Positions 18,471-25,445 of a stretch of 25,445 bases of DNA are shown piece by piece. The notes beneath the pieces were generated by a model that was given only the letters and a program-made list of their open reading frames with translations, ran no database searches and had not been told where the DNA came from. A program made the position numbers and the translations under genes. The stretch's first letter is position 1. Every line of letters starts with the position of its first letter. The stretch is from Candidatus Firestoneibacteriota bacterium (GTDB lineage Bacteria > Oederibacteriota > D2-FULL-39-29 > JBDRBU01): NCBI GenBank assembly GCA_043822305.1, contig JBDRBU010000005.1, positions 1 through 25,445 of the forward strand, given 5' to 3'.

Positions 18471-18624
18471 CTTGATCTGTTTAAACTTGCCTTTATCAAA
18501 GACGGTGCCAATAACCTCTTTTAGAAAAAGATAATCCAATATTATTTAAGACCACTTTTTAATATATTAGACGGATTCAAAGACCTCTCACGGCTGATTT
18601 CAGTATTCATATTTGACCACTAAT

Positions 18625-19275
18625 TCAAAATTCAAGACAATGAATTAATTCTTCTTTTATTTTTTCTAAATCTATTAACACTTTTGCTTTTCTTGGAGTA
18701 CCATTTGCATTTCTAAAATCGGTCTGGAACGAACCACATTTAACCAAAGTGTCGTCAGTTATCCTAATAAACGAGATTTGCTCTAAATCAAATGATACTT
18801 TTCTTAATCTTGACCAAGCACCCCGTTTTATCCTTTCCAGTGAATATTGTGATAATCCACCTTTTAATGCCTCATGCCATTTTTGAAATGTTCTATCTTC
18901 ATCATTATATAAGACCTTGCCCAGAGCAAGAATCAATCCTACTTCTCCATAATCTTCTATTGCCTTTGCCGTTGCTTCGCTATCATTAACTATAATCTGA
19001 TGACTGCTTGTATTTATAGCATGTGCCTTAAAATCCCATGAAATATTTTTAAAACCATCAAATTTTACATTCCCATATTTCGGTCCTGGAATCTCCATAA
19101 TGTCAGATAAATACCGTTCACATAGAAATTGAAAATAAAAACCCATCCATTCCATTTGTTTCCAGTGTGAAAAACCAGCCCTTTTCATTTCTAAAATAGA
19201 TCTTCTTCCATCCCAAACTTTTGGAATAATAGATAATGTTTTTCCTATTTGTTTAGAAACTTTTAGAAATTTCAT
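18625..19275 (-). CDS. Putative type II restriction endonuclease (family not recognised)
   Basis: ATGA overlap with the MTase; candidate PD-(D/E)xK motif FDG...WDFKAH preceded by a MEWMGFYFQ helix. Confidence 0.6.
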   Translation of the reverse strand: MKFLKVSKQIGKTLSIIPKVWDGRRSILEMKRAGFSHWKQMEWMGFYFQFLCERYLSDIMEIPGPKYGNVKFDGFKNISWDFKAHAINTSSHQIIVNDSEATAKAIEDYGEVGLILALGKVLYNDEDRTFQKWHEALKGGLSQYSLERIKRGAWSRLRKVSFDLEQISFIRITDDTLVKCGSFQTDFRNANGTPRKAKVLIDLEKIKEELIHCLEF

Positions 19276-20174
19276 TTTGAATCTTTCACACTAAATAAAT
19301 CCAATACGGGTTCAGTTTTGTTACTACCTATTTCATCTTTAATCCTGTAAAGGCCTTTCTCCAATCTCTCTTTAGCAAATTCGTAGTATGCTTTTACGAT
19401 TTCAAATCCAAGATATTGTCTGTTGAGCATTTTGCTAACTACGGCAACTTGTCCTGACCCTAAGAAAGGATCTAAAACAATATTACCCTCTTCACTTGAA
19501 TAAAGCAATATTTTCTTGATTAATTCTGACGGCAATTTAGTTGGAGTTTTTTGGTCACCATTCCAGTACTCTCTTTTTATATACCAGACATCTTCTTTAT
19601 CTTCATAATGTAAACTTCCGCCTGTATCTTTTTTGTCGTTTTTATTAAAGCGTGCATAAGGAAAAAATTTTCTTTTCTGCTCGTTCTTGCAAACATACAA
19701 ACAATGATAATGTGAGGTAACGAATTTCTTTTTAGTTACCACACCAAATTGATATTTCCAAATGATATGATTAACTGTAACAAAACCAATTTCATTAAGT
19801 ACGTTAAGGATATCTTTAAGATTATTCCATCCTGAAAAAACATACATACTACCAGATTCTTTTAAGATCCGATAAACTTCCATCATCCACTGTAGAGTAA
19901 ATTCATAATATTTCTCTTTAGAAATTTCCTGATAGCCCTCTAAGACACGTGATTGAGTACGATTATAATTATTGCGTTTTGCTTTGAATTCTATAGCAAA
20001 AGGTGGATCAGTAATTACTAAATCTATGCTGTCATTGGGAAGTTGTTTCATTCCCTCTATGCAGTCCATATTGTAAATATTATTAATCGACTGACAATAT
20101 AGAGATGAAGTAACTCCCTCTTTTACAAAGAGTTGTTTATTCCTTTTTTGCTTATATTTTACTTTTGTTCTCAT
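19272..20174 (-). CDS. Site-specific amino-DNA methyltransferase (beta order)
   Basis: ITDPPF motif IV, TPTKLP, DPFLGSG motif I. Confidence 0.93.
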   Translation of the reverse strand: MRTKVKYKQKRNKQLFVKEGVTSSLYCQSINNIYNMDCIEGMKQLPNDSIDLVITDPPFAIEFKAKRNNYNRTQSRVLEGYQEISKEKYYEFTLQWMMEVYRILKESGSMYVFSGWNNLKDILNVLNEIGFVTVNHIIWKYQFGVVTKKKFVTSHYHCLYVCKNEQKRKFFPYARFNKNDKKDTGGSLHYEDKEDVWYIKREYWNGDQKTPTKLPSELIKKILLYSSEEGNIVLDPFLGSGQVAVVSKMLNRQYLGFEIVKAYYEFAKERLEKGLYRIKDEIGSNKTEPVLDLFSVKDSK

Positions 20175-20232
20175 TTTTTACTTTAATCCTTATCCATATA
20201 TATTTAAAATACGATTATTTGCCATGTGGTGT

Positions 20233-20262
20233 CGTCTTGCCTCCTTCAAACTACATAAAAAA
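20233..20262 (-). repeat. Right copy of the direct repeat flanking RM pair 2
   Basis: CGTCTTGCCTCC...ACTACATAAAAAA; on the minus strand GGAGGCAAGACG, an SD followed by ACG in place of ATG. Confidence 0.55.
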
Positions 20263-20273
20263 TCGTAAATTAA

Positions 20274-21080
20274 TCACTTAATTCCTAATACATCCTGCAT
20301 ATCATAAAGAGATGGTTTGGAATGCATAACAAATCTTGCAGCTACTATTGCTCCTCTTGCAAATGTATCCCGGCTATGTGCCTTATGAGTTAATTCAATC
20401 CTTTCGCCTAAACTTCCGAATGTCACAGTATGTTCTCCAACAATATCTCCTGCTCTTACAGCAAATATACCTATAGAATTTTTATCCCTTTCTCCTGTTA
20501 TCCCTTCTCTTCCTGAAACCATTGCTTTTTTTAAATCTATTCCTTTTTCCTCGGCAATGATAGAAGCAAATTTTAATGCAGTTCCAGATGGAGCATCTTT
20601 TTTAAACCTATGGTGTGCTTCTACAATTTCAATATCAAAATCTTTATCTTTTAAAACCTTTGTGGCTTCTTGGACAAGTTTAAATAGTAAGTTTACTCCA
20701 ATACTCATATTTGGCGCAAGAACAATTGGAATGATTTTTGATAATTTTTTTATTTTTTCTTTTTCCTCATCTTTAAAACCGGTTGTCCCTATAACCATTG
20801 CCTTTTTATTCTTTGCAGATATTTCAACATTCTTTAAAGTTACTGATGGCAGACTAAAATCTATAACAACATCTCCCTCATTTATAATCTTGGTCAAATC
20901 ACTAATAGTTTCAACTCCAATTTTTCCAATACCTATTACTTCACCTATATCTTTACCAAGAAAAGCAAATTTATCGCTTTCCAATGCACCTACTAATTTC
21001 AGATCGGATTGAGTTTTAATCAATCTAATAATAGTGCTTCCCATTTTTCCACCCGCACCACTTACTATTATTTTAATCAT
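20274..21080 (-). CDS. dapB: 4-hydroxy-tetrahydrodipicolinate reductase
   Basis: GAGGKMG, IDFS, GTTG, EAHHRFKKDAPSGTA. Confidence 0.97.
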   Translation of the reverse strand: MIKIIVSGAGGKMGSTIIRLIKTQSDLKLVGALESDKFAFLGKDIGEVIGIGKIGVETISDLTKIINEGDVVIDFSLPSVTLKNVEISAKNKKAMVIGTTGFKDEEKEKIKKLSKIIPIVLAPNMSIGVNLLFKLVQEATKVLKDKDFDIEIVEAHHRFKKDAPSGTALKFASIIAEEKGIDLKKAMVSGREGITGERDKNSIGIFAVRAGDIVGEHTVTFGSLGERIELTHKAHSRDTFARGAIVAARFVMHSKPSLYDMQDVLGIK

Positions 21081-21098
21081 AATAAAACCCCCTTAAAC

Positions 21099-21121
21099 AG
21101 CATCTAAAGATGCTTAACTAC
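21099..21121 (-). repeat. GTAG-family REP-like hairpin
   Basis: GTAG-TTA-AGCATC-TTTA-GATGCT between dapA and dapB. Confidence 0.6.
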
Positions 21122-21132
21122 ATCGACATCAT

Positions 21133-22008
21133 TCATTTCATTAAATTATATTTTTTTAAAACCTCTTGTAACTTTTTAAGATTATTTTCTTCCATTTCAC
21201 ACAAAGGAAGTCTTAACTCTCCAACATCCATACCAGCTAAATTCATAGCGGTTTTTATTGGAATAGGACTTGTTTCAATAAACATAATTTTCATTATCGG
21301 CAACAACTTATAATGCAATTCTCTTGCTTTTTTTAGATTTCCTTTTAAAAATGAATCAACCATATCTGCTGTTTCTTTTGGAACAATATTCGCTATAACT
21401 GAAATAACACCTTTAGCACCTACAGCCATCATGGCTAAAGTCAAACTATCATCACCTGATAATACATCAAAATTATCTCCACATAAACCAATTATTTTAC
21501 TTACCTGGTCTAAACTTCCACTTGCTTCTTTTACACCTATTATATTTTTAATCTGGGATAATTTTGCCATGGTCTCTGGCTCAATATTTACTCCGCATCT
21601 TCCAGGAATATTATACAGTATCATTGGAATATTTACACTTTCTGCAATTTTTTTAAAATGCAAATATAAACCCTTTTGTGTTGGCTTATTATAATAAGGA
21701 GAAACAAGCAGTACGCCATCTACTCCTGCATTTTCTGCAAACTTAGTAAGTTCAAGTGCTTCTTCTGTACTGTTTGAACCTGTTCCAGCCATAACTGGAA
21801 TTTTACCCCTTACGGCCTTTACTACAATTTCTATTACTCTTCTATGTTCTTCATATGATAATGTTGGTGACTCACCTGTCGTTCCACAGGGGATAATCCC
21901 TGATGTTTTATTTTTTATATGAAACTCAACTAATTCATTTATTTTTTTCTCGTTTACTTTTCCGTTTTTAAACGGTGTGACTAAAGCAACTATTGAACCT
22001 TTAAACAT
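21133..22008 (-). CDS. dapA: 4-hydroxy-tetrahydrodipicolinate synthase
   Basis: GTTGES, PYYNKP, YNIPGR, GVKEASG, SGDD; start 22008 follows AGGAGG. Confidence 0.97.
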   Translation of the reverse strand: MFKGSIVALVTPFKNGKVNEKKINELVEFHIKNKTSGIIPCGTTGESPTLSYEEHRRVIEIVVKAVRGKIPVMAGTGSNSTEEALELTKFAENAGVDGVLLVSPYYNKPTQKGLYLHFKKIAESVNIPMILYNIPGRCGVNIEPETMAKLSQIKNIIGVKEASGSLDQVSKIIGLCGDNFDVLSGDDSLTLAMMAVGAKGVISVIANIVPKETADMVDSFLKGNLKKARELHYKLLPIMKIMFIETSPIPIKTAMNLAGMDVGELRLPLCEMEENNLKKLQEVLKKYNLMK

Positions 22009-22031
22009 TTTTCCTCCTGATAAACCCAATA

Positions 22032-22060
22032 AACCTCGCATCAATATGGTGCGGGGCTAC
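22032..22060 (-). repeat. GTAG-family REP-like hairpin overlapping the dapF stop codon
   Basis: GTAG-CCCCGCACC-ATATT-GATGCGAGG-TT; the TAG of GTAG is the dapF stop. Confidence 0.7.
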
Positions 22061-22848
22061 AATAATATTCCTTCACAAATATACTTAACTTTTCCACTCA
22101 TATATAAGTTTTTTTCTTTATCTATGTCTATCTTTAATACATCACCTCCAAATGTAATTACAAAAGTAGGAAAGTTTATTTTGTTTGTTATGCTTGAAAT
22201 ATAAGCAGACGCGGTGGAACCTGTGCCACATGCGTGGGTCTCATCTTCAACTCCTCGTTCATATGTTCTTACTTTTATCTTATTTTTGGACAAAACCTTT
22301 ACAAAATTAACATTTGTTCCATTTGGCTTAAACAACTTATGAAATCTTATTTTTCTACCCATTTCTTTCACGGAAACTTTATCATTAAAAATAACAGTAT
22401 GTGGAACACCTGTATTCACAAAATATCCATTAAAAATCTTACTATTTATTTTAATTTTTAAACTCAAAATTAAACCAGATGGTTTTCCCATATTTACCTT
22501 AACATAATAATTCTTAATATCTTTAATTTCAATATATTTTAATCCTGAAAGTGTTTCAACTACCATTTTTTTATCTGCAATCTTTTTTAAAAAAGCAAAT
22601 AGTCCAATGCATCTTATTCCATTTCCACACATCTGGGCTTCCGAACCATCAGGATTGATAATCCTCATCTTAAAATCTGCATTTTTTGATCTTTCTAAAA
22701 GCAACAAACCATCCGCACCAATAGACCTTCTTCTATCACAAACTTCTTTTGCGAGTAATTCGGGATTTCTAATGACTTTTCTTCTATGATCCATAACTAG
22801 ATAATCATTACCCGCACCACTTAATTTTGCAAATCTTAAATTTCTCAT
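22057..22848 (-). CDS. dapF: Diaminopimelate epimerase
   Basis: GAGND, MCGNG, GVPH, ERGVEDETHACGTG. Confidence 0.96.
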   Translation of the reverse strand: MRNLRFAKLSGAGNDYLVMDHRRKVIRNPELLAKEVCDRRRSIGADGLLLLERSKNADFKMRIINPDGSEAQMCGNGIRCIGLFAFLKKIADKKMVVETLSGLKYIEIKDIKNYYVKVNMGKPSGLILSLKIKINSKIFNGYFVNTGVPHTVIFNDKVSVKEMGRKIRFHKLFKPNGTNVNFVKVLSKNKIKVRTYERGVEDETHACGTGSTASAYISSITNKINFPTFVITFGGDVLKIDIDKEKNLYMSGKVKYICEGILL

Positions 22849-24080
22849 CTTTCCCCTTTTATCAAATCTTCGAAAGATTCTCTCTTTCTAACCACCCAGA
22901 ATTTATCGTCTCTGACCATTACTTCAGCCGGTTTTCTTCTGGCATTGTAATTTGAAGCCATACTAAAGCCATATGCACCGGCACTCATTACGGCTAAAAA
23001 ATCTCCTTCCTTAACTTTTGGTAGCTTTCTATCCTTCCCTAAAAAATCTCCAGACTCGCATATCGGACCAACAACATCTGCTTTTATGACACCACTTGTT
23101 TTTACAATTGGGATAATATGATGATAGGCACCATATAAACTTGGCCTAATTAAATCATTCATTCCGGCATCAACTATAATAAAATTTTTTCTTTCAGCTT
23201 TTTTAATACATAAAACCTTAGCTACAAGTATTCCTGCATTTCCGACTATAAACCTGCCTGGTTCCAATATTAAAGTAACACCCAAGGGTTTTATCAAAGG
23301 TAAAACATTATCTGCGAACTCCTTAGCCGTAGAAGGTGATTCATCTTTATAAATTATGCCTAATCCACCACCGATATTCAATCTTTTTATGCAAACCCCC
23401 ATCTCCTTTAAATTATTTATTAAACCAATAATTTTTTGTATGGCCATAATGTACGGCTCAACCTTAGTTATCTGCGAACCCAGATGAATGTGAATTCCAC
23501 AGATATTCAAATTTTTAAGTTTATTTAATCTTGTAAATAGATTTTTTGCTAAATCAATATTTAATCCAAATTTATTTTCCTTCTTTCCTGTTGTAATATA
23601 ATGATGCGTATCAACATCTACATCAGGATTAATTCTTAAGGCAACATCTATCCTTCTTTTCAATCTTCTGGCTATTTTACCAATATTTACCGCTTCAGTA
23701 ACTGATTCAATATTAAACATCAAAATATTTGATTTTATTGCATATTCTATTTCTTCTTCAGTTTTACCCACCCCGGCAAATACGATTTTTTTAGGTGGTA
23801 TCCCTGCTTTTAAAGATTTATAAAGTTCTCCCCCTGAAACTATATCGGCACCACTACCTGCTTTTTGCAATATTTTTAATATAGAGAGATTAGAGTTTGC
23901 TTTTAAAGAATAACAAATTATGGTGGGTATATTTTTAAATGCCTCATCAATCTTAGCAAAATGTTCATATATGGTCCGATGACTATAAAGATAAAAAGGA
24001 GTCTGGACTTTTTTTGTTATATCAACAACTTTAATATTCTCGCAGTATAAATAATTATTTTTAAAGAAAAAATAATGCAT
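22845..24080 (-). CDS. lysA: Diaminopimelate decarboxylase
   Basis: YSLKAN, KFG, HLGSQ, GGG, EPGR, GPICESGD, GAYG..M.SNYN. Confidence 0.97.
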   Translation of the reverse strand: MHYFFFKNNYLYCENIKVVDITKKVQTPFYLYSHRTIYEHFAKIDEAFKNIPTIICYSLKANSNLSILKILQKAGSGADIVSGGELYKSLKAGIPPKKIVFAGVGKTEEEIEYAIKSNILMFNIESVTEAVNIGKIARRLKRRIDVALRINPDVDVDTHHYITTGKKENKFGLNIDLAKNLFTRLNKLKNLNICGIHIHLGSQITKVEPYIMAIQKIIGLINNLKEMGVCIKRLNIGGGLGIIYKDESPSTAKEFADNVLPLIKPLGVTLILEPGRFIVGNAGILVAKVLCIKKAERKNFIIVDAGMNDLIRPSLYGAYHHIIPIVKTSGVIKADVVGPICESGDFLGKDRKLPKVKEGDFLAVMSAGAYGFSMASNYNARRKPAEVMVRDDKFWVVRKRESFEDLIKGER

Positions 24081-24089
24081 ATTAATTGT

Positions 24090-24118
24090 ATATTAACATA
24101 AAAAAACTAAAAATGCAA
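24090..24118 (-). promoter_or_regulatory. Sigma70-type promoter for the lysA-dap operon
   Basis: TTGCAT (24118-24113), 17 bp, TAATAT (24095-24090), with extended TGn. Confidence 0.6.
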
Positions 24119-24135
24119 GGGGTCAGAATCAATTT
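24117..24135 (+). repeat. GGGGTCAG-type short repeat, copy 2, overlapping the menA stop codon
   Basis: AAGGGGTCAGAATCAATTT; 17/19 identical to the reverse complement of 3398-3416. Confidence 0.6.
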
Positions 24136-25028
24136 CCTATAAAAAGACCTATGGCGAGCAGGATTGGCATTAAAATATTTATTACAACATTAATACCCAG
24201 AATAGGAACTAATTTTAGTATATTATCTGCATGTTTAATAGAACCTGTTATGGCGAAAAAAGAAAGTGGCATAGTGAGAAAAATCAAAAAACTCGCTAAT
24301 GGCAAAAATCCAAATAAATATCCTAAAACAACAGAAATATAAGAACATACAAGAAATAAACTGTATATCTTTGCACTAAAATTCCTGCCAAGTAAAATAG
24401 GGATATGTTTTCTTCCAACAATCTTATCTGCTTCAACATCTGGAAATTGGTTTAAGAGTAATAAATTACTTACAAGAAAAAATGGAACCAAAGAAGCGAA
24501 AAATGAAGTCCACGAATAACTGCCAGTTAGAACAAAATGAGTTCCCATTACCATTAAAGTGCCAAAACCAGCTCCTGGTGCTATTAAACAAAGGACAGGA
24601 TTCTTAGTAATCAATGTTGTATAGATAACAATAATAATTACTCCAAGTAATCCAATTGGTAAAAGAAGTACTCCTCTTAAAAATAAAAAATAAATACCAA
24701 TAATTATAACCATAAGAAGCGAAATAATTCCTATAAAAAAGGCAATATTTGCTTTTTCCGGATTATGAGGAAGAGTCTTACTTCCTCCACTGAAAGGTGT
24801 TGGCTGTGTATGAAAATCTAAACCGCTCTTAAAATCATAATATTCATTTAAAGCATTTACACTTATATGTGCTGCCAACGCTCCAATAAAAACTAACAAG
24901 ATATTAAAAATACTTAACTCTGCTTTGCTAAAGACTGCGGTGGATATACCAACTAAAACACATGCCGGTGTAAGTATTAGAAATGGCAACCGCATAGGAC
25001 CGAATATTAACTTACTTTGTGTACTCAT
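24129..25028 (-). CDS. menA: UbiA-family prenyltransferase, MenA-like
   Basis: Multiple TM helices; NEYYDFKSGLD and NQFPDVEAD..GRK aspartate-rich motifs. Confidence 0.72.
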   Translation of the reverse strand: MSTQSKLIFGPMRLPFLILTPACVLVGISTAVFSKAELSIFNILLVFIGALAAHISVNALNEYYDFKSGLDFHTQPTPFSGGSKTLPHNPEKANIAFFIGIISLLMVIIIGIYFLFLRGVLLLPIGLLGVIIIVIYTTLITKNPVLCLIAPGAGFGTLMVMGTHFVLTGSYSWTSFFASLVPFFLVSNLLLLNQFPDVEADKIVGRKHIPILLGRNFSAKIYSLFLVCSYISVVLGYLFGFLPLASFLIFLTMPLSFFAITGSIKHADNILKLVPILGINVVINILMPILLAIGLFIGN

Positions 25029-25033
25029 TTTTA

Positions 25034-25445
25034 GGTTCTTCAGGTTCTATTGTAGAAAATATTTTATATATCTCTACTTTAACCTAAAGCCTCCTTTTAT
25101 CTTGGATTTATCCTAATTTGATAAGGTTAGGATATTAACCTTTTTATTTTATCACCTCCATTTCTTTAGATTTTTATTCCCCTTATATTGTCCCACATTG
25201 CTGATATATTTTCAATATAAAATAATCTATATCCCTATATCCATAAGCCCTTTTTTGTATACTACTTATCTTGTTATTTAATCCTTCTGATAATGCACTG
25301 GTTACGGGCTCTACAAAATATGCTAATACTCCTTCTTGCCATCTCTTTACTGTTTCTACAAACTTTATTATTGGCTGTAATCCACTTTCCTCTACCCGCA
25401 ACATCCATCCACTTAAATAATTATACGCTCTCTTTATTATTTCCA
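25034..25445 (-). mobile_element. ISL3-family insertion sequence, downstream end (partial)
   Basis: Transposase C-terminus plus terminal GGTTCTTCAGGTTCTATTGTAG starting at 25034, resembling ISL3 GG(C/T)TCT ends. Confidence 0.75.
25183..25445 (-). CDS. ISL3-family transposase, C-terminal part (open to window edge)
   Basis: TSALSEGLNNKISSIQKRAYGYRD motif; frame stays open upstream of 25404 (EIIKRAYNYLSGW). Confidence 0.9.
   Translation of the reverse strand, partial: EIIKRAYNYLSGWMLRVEESGLQPIIKFVETVKRWQEGVLAYFVEPVTSALSEGLNNKISSIQKRAYGYRDIDYFILKIYQQCGTI

Noticed and set aside
18461..18572. Integron attC site after RM pair 2 (GTTATGT core on the minus strand)
   Set aside because: No matching RYYYAAC inverse core (nearest is GTCTAAT) and no convincing L-box pairing
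18542..18610. 22-codon minus-strand ORF MNTEISRERSLNPSNILKSGLK as a dapL leader peptide
   Set aside because: Weak SD, not lysine-rich and no attenuator hairpins
167..25116. Short ORFs antisense to or nested in recognised genes (e.g. 167-382, 631-936, 1907-2155, 6783-7097, 13876-14223, 20557-21012, 24925-25116)
   Set aside because: Shadow frames of well-supported genes, with no recognisable motifs
1..25445. Whole window as a composite transposon between two IS copies
   Set aside because: The two ends differ (GAGACTTCC versus GGTTCTTC) and the cargo is core housekeeping; contig breaks at repeats are the simpler explanation
1..25445. CRISPR array, tRNA or rRNA genes
   Set aside because: No regularly spaced repeats or RNA-gene signatures seen; intergenic gaps are short and otherwise explained

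Overview
AT-rich chromosomal window from a Gram-negative bacterium (kdsA/kdsD present; DapL-type lysine pathway; PorV-like barrel; taxonomy cannot be fixed from sequence alone). Almost everything from 25028 to 3396 is on the minus strand, in this order: menA-like prenyltransferase, lysA-dapF-dapA-dapB, RM pair 2, dapL-folK-dNK-panC, zeta-like ATPase plus an unannotated 58-aa partner, PorV-like barrel plus a small secreted CTD protein, NagB-like plus PIG-L deacetylase, vapBC, pyrG-kdsA, RM pair 1 (MTase-SNase fusion plus MjaI-family REase), kdsD-cysE-rsmA. This block converges on a plus-strand nitroreductase and PBP1A. Both ends look like insertion elements: one appears to truncate thpR just before its second catalytic His, and an ISL3 ends 5 bp upstream of the menA start codon. 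Non-coding signals read directly from the sequence are a family of GTAG-type REP hairpins (one related copy lies in frame inside rsmA), a second GGG(A/T)CAG-type repeat, imperfect direct repeats near both RM modules, a switch-like structured leader before PBP1A, and two promoters that imply nearly leaderless mRNAs. All protein calls come from motif recognition, not database searches.
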